64,000 bases of DNA from Polaromonas sp. (lineage in GTDB: Bacteria; Pseudomonadota; Gammaproteobacteria; Burkholderiales; Burkholderiaceae_C), in the NCBI RefSeq assembly GCF_039932935.1, contig NZ_JBDTPB010000086.1, forward strand, positions 6,057 to 70,056, written 5' to 3'. Under the pieces are notes generated by a model. The model was not told the DNA's origin. It was given only the letters and a program-made list of their open reading frames with translations, and did no database searches. The translations under genes were made by a program, and so were the position numbers. The number at the start of each line of letters is the position of its first letter. Position 1 is the first letter of the stretch. Shown here in pieces: positions 48,465 through 55,160 of this stretch.

Positions 48465-48866
48465 CTAATGCTGCAACGAAACCGCGCCGCCCAGGCTGGC
48501 CGCGTGTTCCTGGCAAAACCGCACAAGCTTTTCGACATCTTGCGACTTGTCGAACACCTCGTCGGCGCCGAGCTCGCGGCAGTGATGCAGGATGTTTTCC
48601 TGGTTGTGGCTGGTCAGCACCACGACCTTTTGGTCGGGCCGGCGGTGCTGGCAGTCTTTCAGTACGCCAAAGCCCGAGCCTTCGGTGAGAAACAGGTCGA
48701 CGATGGCAAGGTCCCAGTCGGTATGGTGGGCGCCTAGCCATTGGCGAGCGCTGGATTCGGAATCGGCGTGCCCGACAAAACGCAGCGGCGCGATTTCTTC
48801 CATGGCTTCGACCAGGGTTTTGCGTATATCGGGCTTGTCTTCGACAAGAAACGCGTTGATGACCAT
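48465..48866 (-). CDS. Single-domain response regulator receiver
   Basis: FLVEDK, DLAIVDLFL phospho-Asp, VLTS and VFDKS. Confidence 0.88.
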   Translation of the reverse strand: MVINAFLVEDKPDIRKTLVEAMEEIAPLRFVGHADSESSARQWLGAHHTDWDLAIVDLFLTEGSGFGVLKDCQHRRPDQKVVVLTSHNQENILHHCRELGADEVFDKSQDVEKLVRFCQEHAASLGGAVSLQH

Positions 48867-49037
48867 GGGGACCTCTGAAGTTAATTCATGAAGTTAGCCG
48901 CCATCTCACACCGGCCCTGTCGTTGGGCGTCCTGTGGAGATGTAGGCTGAGTCCCACTGTAGTGCAGCGGGCGCTACGCCACGGTAACGGTGCGTAACGC
49001 CCTGGGGCCGGGGCGCCGAACGGTGGCGCCGCGCGGA

Positions 49038-49514
49038 TTAATGGTGGTGGCCGTGCTCGCCGTGCACGTGGCGGTGGGCGATTTCTTCCTCTGACGCGGG
49101 GCGCACGTCGGTGACCTTCAGGGTAAATCGCAGGGCCTTGCCGGCCAGCGGGTGGTTGCCGTCGAGCAGCACGGTGTCGCCCTTGATCTTCATCACGTTG
49201 AAGACGTGCTGGCGGCCGTCTTCGCCTCTGCCTTCGAGTTGGCCACCCACCTTCACCCCGGCTGGAAACTGGGTGCGGGGAATGGTGCGGACCAGGTCTT
49301 CGTCGCGCAGGCCGAAGGCATCCTGCGCCTCCAGCGCCAGCACTGTCTGGAAGCCTTTTTCCTGGCCGTCCAGTGCTTCCTCGATTTTGGGCAGGGTGTT
49401 GCCGTAGCCGCCGTGCAGGTAAACCATGGGCGCGTTGCTTTGTTCGACCAGCTTGCCCTGGGCGTCCGCCACCTTGTAGCTAAGGGTAACGGCGGTGTCT
49501 TTTCCGATTTTCAT
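49038..49514 (-). CDS. slyD: FKBP-type peptidyl-prolyl isomerase SlyD
   Basis: YLHGGYGNTLPKIEEAL, DGNHPLAGKALRF and a His-rich tail HRHVHGEHGHHH. Confidence 0.92.
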   Translation of the reverse strand: MKIGKDTAVTLSYKVADAQGKLVEQSNAPMVYLHGGYGNTLPKIEEALDGQEKGFQTVLALEAQDAFGLRDEDLVRTIPRTQFPAGVKVGGQLEGRGEDGRQHVFNVMKIKGDTVLLDGNHPLAGKALRFTLKVTDVRPASEEEIAHRHVHGEHGHHH

Positions 49515-49667
49515 GGTGTTCTTCCAGATCTCTGGTGCGTGAAAAACGCTGATTCTCGCCGACGCCGGCAGAAGCTGCCCGGACTGGACGTGGCGGCGCG
49601 GCAGTAGCCATTTCAGCGCGGGGGTTTTGGCCGCACTCCGGCATGCGATTGGGCGGGCTGCGTAGAA

Positions 49668-49692
49668 TCATGCAACATGATAAGTTACATGA
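49668..49692. promoter_or_regulatory. Palindromic candidate Rrf2 operator
   Basis: TCATGCAAC-N7-GTTACATGA directly after a TAGAAT -10-like hexamer and overlapping the start codon. Confidence 0.65.
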
Positions 49693-50174
49693 AATCAAAA
49701 GGCCGGCTTTCAGCCGTTTTGCATGCCCTGTTGCACATGGCGCACCGCCAGGGGCCGATGACCTCCGACGAACTGGCGGCTTGCCTGCGCACCCATCCGG
49801 TCGTGGTGCGGCGCACCATGGCCGGTTTGCGCGAGGCGGGTTTTGTGGTGTCGGAGCGCGGCCACGGCGGCGGCTGGGTGCTGGCGCGGGACCTGGCTTC
49901 CGTCACGCTGCTAGACGTGCAAATGGCTGTGGGCGCCGAAGAAACCCGTGAGGGCGACGAGGGTGCGCATTCCGGCGGCTGCGTCATCGAGCAATCGGTG
50001 CAACGCGCCCTGTCGGGCAGCCTGCAGGAGGCCGAGGCGCTGCTGATGAAGCGCCTGGGCGAGGTCACGCTGGCCGACCTGTCGGCCGACTTCAACCGCG
50101 CCATGGCCGCGCACGCAGGCCACGCTGGCCCTGTGGGTCATGTCCTGTCGCCGGAGGCTCACCATGCTGCATGA
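49689..50174 (+). CDS. Rrf2 family regulator
   Basis: AVLHALLHM, THPVVVRRTMAGL, SERGHGGGW and VTLLDV. Start is 49689 or 49677. Confidence 0.9.
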   Translation: MKSKGRLSAVLHALLHMAHRQGPMTSDELAACLRTHPVVVRRTMAGLREAGFVVSERGHGGGWVLARDLASVTLLDVQMAVGAEETREGDEGAHSGGCVIEQSVQRALSGSLQEAEALLMKRLGEVTLADLSADFNRAMAAHAGHAGPVGHVLSPEAHHAA

Positions 50175-51093
50175 CGCCATCATTGTGGGCGGCAGCTTTG
50201 CCGGCTTGTCGGCCGCGCTGCAACTGGCGCGCGCCCGAAGAAACGTGCTGGTCATCGACGCGGGCCTGCCGCGCAACCGCTTTGCGTCCGAGTCGCACGG
50301 CGTGCTGGGGCATGACGGCAAACCGGGCCCGCAACTTTTGGCTGAGGCGCGGCAGCAATTGCTGGCCTACCCCACGGCCCAGATCTTCAGCGGCCGCGTC
50401 AGTCGTGTTGATGCTGGCGAGGCGGGTTTTGTTGTCGAGGCCGAGGACGGCCTGCGCTGGTTTACCGGCCGCCGCCTGCTGTTGGCCACCGGTGTTTCTG
50501 ACGTGCTGCCCGGCATACCGGGGCTGGAAGCGCGCTGGGGCAAGACGGTGGTGCACTGCCCTTATTGCCACGGCTATGAAATCGGCGGCGGCGCCATCGG
50601 TGTGCTCGGCACGGGCCCGATGTCGGTGCACCAGGCCGTGATGTTTGCCGACTGGGGCGACGTGACGCTGTTCGCGCAGGGTGTGGTCGAGGTGTCGGCC
50701 GAAGAGCACGCGCTGCTGGCCGCGCGAAAGGTCAAAGTCGAGTCCAGCCCGATTGCCGAGCTGCAGGGGGTGGCGCCCGCGCTGGAGGGCGCGTTGCTGC
50801 AGGACGGCCGGCGCGTGGCGATCAAGGCCTTGCTGGTGGGCACGCAGGTGCGCATGGGCAGCCCGCTGGCTGAGGCACTGGGTTGTGCGTTTGACGATTC
50901 GCCCTTTGGCCCCATCGTGCGCATCGACGCCTGGGGCATGACCAGCGTGGCCGGCGTGCATGCCGCCGGCGACATGGCGCGCGTGCCACACAGCATCACC
51001 TACGCCACGGCCAGCGGCGTGGCGGCCGGCATCGGGCTGCATACTTCGCTGATCACGGAAGACGCCCGCCGCGGGGAAACCGCCGCAGCCTGA
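50164..51093 (+). CDS. Thioredoxin reductase-like FAD-dependent oxidoreductase
   Basis: IVGGSFAGLSAA, LLLATG, HCPYCHGYE and VHAAGD. Confidence 0.92.
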   Translation: MLHDAIIVGGSFAGLSAALQLARARRNVLVIDAGLPRNRFASESHGVLGHDGKPGPQLLAEARQQLLAYPTAQIFSGRVSRVDAGEAGFVVEAEDGLRWFTGRRLLLATGVSDVLPGIPGLEARWGKTVVHCPYCHGYEIGGGAIGVLGTGPMSVHQAVMFADWGDVTLFAQGVVEVSAEEHALLAARKVKVESSPIAELQGVAPALEGALLQDGRRVAIKALLVGTQVRMGSPLAEALGCAFDDSPFGPIVRIDAWGMTSVAGVHAAGDMARVPHSITYATASGVAAGIGLHTSLITEDARRGETAAA

Positions 51094-51187
51094 GCAGGCA
51101 GGCAAAACGGGCCGGGTATAAAGTTGTTGAAAGAGGCTGGTGAGACCCCAAGTGCTTCTTTCCACCCTTGCCATTCTTTGCCACGCC

Positions 51188-51835
51188 ATGAACCCGCCAG
51201 AGACCGAAACCATTGAACTGCTGCCTGTAAGCGGCACGCCCCGCCAGCTGTTTGTGCTGCTGCATGACGCGGGCGGCGCGGCCACCGACATGCTGGAGCT
51301 GGGCAACCTGCTGGGCGGCGCGTTTGCCGAAGCCGCCGTGCTGATGCCGCAGGGGCTGACCGGCCCGCACGCCGATGCGGCAGGCGCCACGGCCGCAGGG
51401 CTGGACGATGCCGAGGCGCTGGCCGCGCGCGTGGAAGCCCTGGCTGCGTTTGTCCGCGCGCAGCAGCAGCGCTTTGACATCCTGCAGTCCGACACCGCAC
51501 TGGCCGGCTTTGGGGCCGGCGCCAGCCTGGCCCTGGCACTGAGCGACGCGCACGACGGCCTGGCCGGCCGGCTGCTGGCCTTTGGCGGCGGCTACCAGAT
51601 CTGGCCCGCCCGGGCGCCCGCGCTGACCACCTTGCACCTCCTGCACGGTCAAAACGACCCCGTGGTACCGCTGGCGCGCACGCGCAGCGACTTTGAACAC
51701 CTGATGGAGCTGGGCGCCGACGCCACCCTGGACGTAGCCGCCAAGCTCGGCCATGAGCTGCACCCCGCCCTGATGGACCAGGCCGTCACCCGGCTGCAGA
51801 CCTGCGTGCCACTGCGGCACTGGAAATCCGTGTAG
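51188..51835 (+). CDS. YpfH-like alpha/beta hydrolase homologue lacking the nucleophile Ser
   Basis: FVLLH, GFGAG at the GFSQG position, LLHGQNDPVVP and GHEL. Confidence 0.8.
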   Translation: MNPPETETIELLPVSGTPRQLFVLLHDAGGAATDMLELGNLLGGAFAEAAVLMPQGLTGPHADAAGATAAGLDDAEALAARVEALAAFVRAQQQRFDILQSDTALAGFGAGASLALALSDAHDGLAGRLLAFGGGYQIWPARAPALTTLHLLHGQNDPVVPLARTRSDFEHLMELGADATLDVAAKLGHELHPALMDQAVTRLQTCVPLRHWKSV

Positions 51836-51857
51836 CAGGTTTCAGCGTCACTCTTTA

Positions 51858-51915
51858 AGCAAATAGTGCCCGCAGCCAGCACAAAGCGTACGCAAGCAGC
51901 TCCTAAATAGATAGC
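51858..51915 (+). repeat. REP-like family B, copy 8
   Basis: GCCCGCAGCCAGCACAAAGCGTACGCAAGCAGCTCCTAAATAGATAGC. Confidence 0.7.
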
Positions 51916-51973
51916 AGTCCACAGGAGCGACACAATGCGCAAACGTGGAGTCTCCCTGTCTCCCTCTTAACCA

Positions 51974-52170
51974 AGCAGGGGCCGCGGGACTGGCTTTGCC
52001 AGACCGCAGGCGCAACGGCCCCTCGGAGGGCAGAGAGCCACACGAAGTGAGCGAACGTGTGGGCCATTTCCCCACCAGCAGGGGCCGTGGAACCGGCTTT
52101 GCCGGGCCACAGGCGCAGCGGCCCCCTCGGGGGGCAGGGAGCTACACGCAGTGAGCGACCGTGGGGGCCA
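51974..52170 (+). repeat. Tandem pair of ~93-bp structured repeats (family A, copies 1 and 2)
   Basis: 51974-52066 and 52077-52170, period 103 bp; both start AGCAGGGGCC and end GGGCCA. Confidence 0.85.
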
Positions 52171-52851
52171 CTACCTACAGGATTGAAGCGCCTTGCCCGC
52201 CAGCTGCGGCTTGAGGGCGTCAAGCTTGGTCATCAGCGGCGCATCGACGGCGGGCAGCTTGAGCAACTGGCCGCGTGCCTCGGGGCGTTCCAGCACCACC
52301 TTGGCGGTGCGCACGCCGCGTGTGGCAACTTTGGCCAGCTCGCGTTCGGCGTCGGCCTGGGCGTCGAAATGGCCGAGCGAAAGGCCCGGTCCCAGTGCCG
52401 GGTTGATCAGCGGCTCGAACGACACGCCGAGACCGCGCAGTTCGCCGCGCTTTTTGACCAGCGCTTCTTCATTGGCGTATTTGCCCATGTAGACGATCCA
52501 GCGGCCCGGCTCGACGCTGCTTTCAAGCGACCAGCTGCCGATGGGCAGGCTGCTTTCGAGTCCTGCGCGCAGGGCGGTGGTTTGTTCGGGCGTAAAAAGG
52601 CCGGCCTGCAGGCATTCGGGAGGCGCCGGGGGCGCGGCTGCGGCAGCTGCGGCGGTGGTGCCGAGGCCTTCGAGTTGGCGGGCCTCGGTCATGGTGAGCA
52701 GGAGCATCGCCTCAGGCCGGATTTGCTGTGCCAGGCGCTGGGGTTCGGCCTGAGCGACGGGGGCAAAGCCGTAGTCGGCCAGCAGGCCCTGCGTCCAGGC
52801 GAAGTAGCCGGCGTTGGCCAGCAGCAGCGCCAGCACCAGCAGCCTCAGCAT
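52171..52851 (-). CDS. SPOR domain protein
   Basis: N-terminal TM MLRLLVLALLLANAGYFAW; LSLGHFDAQADAEREL; downstream of birA. Confidence 0.85.
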   Translation of the reverse strand: MLRLLVLALLLANAGYFAWTQGLLADYGFAPVAQAEPQRLAQQIRPEAMLLLTMTEARQLEGLGTTAAAAAAAPPAPPECLQAGLFTPEQTTALRAGLESSLPIGSWSLESSVEPGRWIVYMGKYANEEALVKKRGELRGLGVSFEPLINPALGPGLSLGHFDAQADAERELAKVATRGVRTAKVVLERPEARGQLLKLPAVDAPLMTKLDALKPQLAGKALQSCR

Positions 52852-53732
52852 GGGCGGGCGCCTTCAGGGGGTTGGGCTGCAACGGGCCGCACGCTGACTT
52901 CGGAGCTGGTGATTTCTTTCATGCCAGCCGGAGTATGCACCAGCAGTGCGCCGTTTTCACCCACGCCGTGGGCGGTGCCTTCGATGCCATTTTGGCCGTC
53001 TGACAACTGCACGGCTTGCCCGGCCAGCACGTCGCGCGCGGCAAAACGTGCCTGAAAAGGCGCAAAGCCGAAGCGTTCAAAGGCTTGCACGGCCTGCACC
53101 AACGGCGGCACGATGCGCAGCAAGGTGGCGGGCGCATCCAGTGCCGGCAGCAGCGTCTGCAGGCCACCCGGCGGTATGCCGGGCAAGGGCGTGACGTGCG
53201 GCGCAGCGGGGATGTCTTGCGCGCAGATGTTGATGCCGATGCCGATCACCACATAGCGGACGCCTTCCCAGCTGGCGGTTTCAACAAGAATGCCGGCCAG
53301 TTTGCGCTCGCCTTCGGGGGTGGACAGCCAGAGGTCATTGGGCCATTTCAGGCCGATGCGGGGTTTGCCGGCCTGCCCAGGCACCAGCGGCTCCAGGCTT
53401 TCGGCCACGCTGATGCCCGCCACCAGCGAAAGGCCCGACCAGTCGGCGGGCGCCAGCGGAAGGCCCAGCGAAAAAGTGAGGCTGTCGCCGCGCCGGCTTT
53501 GCCATTGGCGACCCAGGCGGCCGCGGCCGGCGGTTTGCTGCTCGGCCACCAGCAGCAGCGGCTCGGGGCGGGGCTCCACTCCGGGGCTTCCGCGGAAGCG
53601 GCGCATGAGCTCGGTGTTGCTGGAGTCGATCTCGGGCAATACCTCGACCGTAAAGCCCGGCAAGATGGGTGCCACGGCCTCCCAGAGGGCCTCGGCAGGC
53701 CATCGGATGGGGGTTGCGAGGGGCGTGGTCAT
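52845..53732 (-). CDS. birA: Biotin-[acetyl-CoA carboxylase] ligase (no N-terminal HTH)
   Basis: SSNTELM, QTAGRGRLGRQW, LKWPNDL, KLAGILVE and IGIGIN. Confidence 0.95.
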   Translation of the reverse strand: MTTPLATPIRWPAEALWEAVAPILPGFTVEVLPEIDSSNTELMRRFRGSPGVEPRPEPLLLVAEQQTAGRGRLGRQWQSRRGDSLTFSLGLPLAPADWSGLSLVAGISVAESLEPLVPGQAGKPRIGLKWPNDLWLSTPEGERKLAGILVETASWEGVRYVVIGIGINICAQDIPAAPHVTPLPGIPPGGLQTLLPALDAPATLLRIVPPLVQAVQAFERFGFAPFQARFAARDVLAGQAVQLSDGQNGIEGTAHGVGENGALLVHTPAGMKEITSSEVSVRPVAAQPPEGARPC

Positions 53733-53812
53733 GAAAGGGTCATGAAAGCTCTGGGCGCGGGGCCTGGCTGATGCGCGTGGTGGCGAAAGAGCGCTGGCAG
53801 GTGAAAGACCGG

Positions 53813-54508
53813 TCAGTCTTTCTTCTTGTTCTTGGGCTTCTTGTCGGATTTCTTATCGGCTTTTTTGTCAGCCTTCTTTTCCGCTTTTTTCTTGTCAGCC
53901 TTGGCCTCTGCCTTCTTCTCGGTCTTCTTCTCCGTCTTCTTCTCCGATTTCTTCACGGACTTCTTGGCCGACTTCTTCTTGCCCTTGCCCTTCTTGTCGT
54001 CGTCCTTGGGCGCCAGCAGCGTGCCGCGGCAGTTCTTGGCGCCGCACCAGCAGGGGTATTCGGCCAGCAGCTTCTTGGTGTAGGGCGCGTCGATGATCAG
54101 GCCGTAGTCATAAAACAGCTCTTCGCCGGCCTTGATGTTGCGCAACGCCTTGATGAAGACGCGGCCCTCGTTTTCATCGGCCTCGCAGTTGGGCTTGCAG
54201 CTGTGGTTGATCCAGCGCGAAGAATTGCCGCCGTGCTTGGCGTCAATCACGTGCTCTTCGTCAATGTGGAAGTAAAACGTGTGGTTGGGGTCTTTGGGGT
54301 CGTGCGGATGGCGGCGCAGCGCCTCTTTCCAGTTGATGATTTCGCCGATGTATTCGATCAGCGTCTCGCCTTCAGCGAGGTCTTGTACGGCGAAAACACC
54401 CTTGCCGTGCACGCCGGAGCGGCGGGTCTGAATGCGGCGTCCGTCGGCAGCGGGAGCCGCGGGTTTGAGGGGGGATGCGGGAGCTGCGGAGGCCTGGGTT
54501 TTTGACAC
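53813..54508 (-). CDS. SET-domain protein-lysine N-methyltransferase with post-SET and Lys-rich tail
   Basis: GKGVFA, RWINHSCKPNC, GEELFYDY and post-SET CWCGAKNC. Likely GTG start 54508. Confidence 0.92.
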   Translation of the reverse strand: MSKTQASAAPASPLKPAAPAADGRRIQTRRSGVHGKGVFAVQDLAEGETLIEYIGEIINWKEALRRHPHDPKDPNHTFYFHIDEEHVIDAKHGGNSSRWINHSCKPNCEADENEGRVFIKALRNIKAGEELFYDYGLIIDAPYTKKLLAEYPCWCGAKNCRGTLLAPKDDDKKGKGKKKSAKKSVKKSEKKTEKKTEKKAEAKADKKKAEKKADKKADKKSDKKPKNKKKD

Positions 54509-54534
54509 GACGGATTTTTTTGGTATGGTTAATT

Positions 54535-54588
54535 CATGCATGTGCGCGTGCGTGCGCATGTGCGCGCACCCGCGCGCGTACATGCGCG
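54535..54588. other. Alternating purine-pyrimidine tract (Z-DNA-prone)
   Basis: 54535-54569 is 35 nt of unbroken Y-R alternation and 54571-54588 a further 18 nt. Confidence 0.7.
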
Positions 54589-54626
54589 AGAGCCGCTATT
54601 GTAGTGATGCGCCCAAGGAGCCCCCT

Positions 54627-55160
54627 GTGTTGAACCGCCGAAACCTGATGCAGACCACTGCCGCCCTGGCCTTGCCCGCCGTGGCTGGGCTGAGCCTGCC
54701 TGCGTGGGCCAAGGGCGGTGAAAGCCCCCTGCCCAAGGCCGGCAGCACCCTGCCTTTGCCGGCCCTCACCCTGCTGGATGGAAGCACCTGGACGCCCGCA
54801 GCCGTGGCCGAAAAGACGCTTGTGGTGTACTGGTGGGCCAGCTGGTGCCCTTTTTGTGCGGTGCAGTCGCCCCATATAGAAGCCTTGTGGCGGGCTCAGA
54901 AGGCCAGCGGGCTGGAGGTGTTGGCGCTGTCCATCGACAAGCAGCCGGCCGCCGCTGCTACTTATATGAAGACCAAGGGCTACAGCTTCCCCGCCGGGAT
55001 GCTGACCCCCGAAGTCGCGAAATTTTTGCCCAAGCCGGTGGGCCTGCCCGTGGTGGTGGTGCTCAAGGTGGCGGCGAACGGACGTGAAGGCAAAGTCGTA
55101 TTTGCCGAAGGCGGGGAAATGTTCCCCGAAGATGTAGAAGGTTTGAAGAAGTACTTATGA
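54627..55160 (+). CDS. TlpA-like thioredoxin/disulfide reductase with Tat-like signal
   Basis: NRRNLM signal and WWASWCPFC; AAGGAG RBS; ATGA overlap with topB. Confidence 0.87.
   Translation: MLNRRNLMQTTAALALPAVAGLSLPAWAKGGESPLPKAGSTLPLPALTLLDGSTWTPAAVAEKTLVVYWWASWCPFCAVQSPHIEALWRAQKASGLEVLALSIDKQPAAAATYMKTKGYSFPAGMLTPEVAKFLPKPVGLPVVVVLKVAANGREGKVVFAEGGEMFPEDVEGLKKYL

Noticed and set aside
51974-52170. Tandem repeat considered as a CRISPR array
   Set aside because: Only two ~93-bp units with a 10-nt gap, no unique spacers of CRISPR size, no cas genes, and dispersed copies elsewhere.
54432-54626. ORF-track N-terminal extensions of the SET (to 54583) and TlpA (from 54432) genes, which would overlap each other
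   Set aside because: The extensions translate the alternating tract into MCACVRMCAH/HMRTHAHM-type low-information peptide. Better starts are GTG 54508 and GTG 54627, the latter with an AAGGAG RBS.
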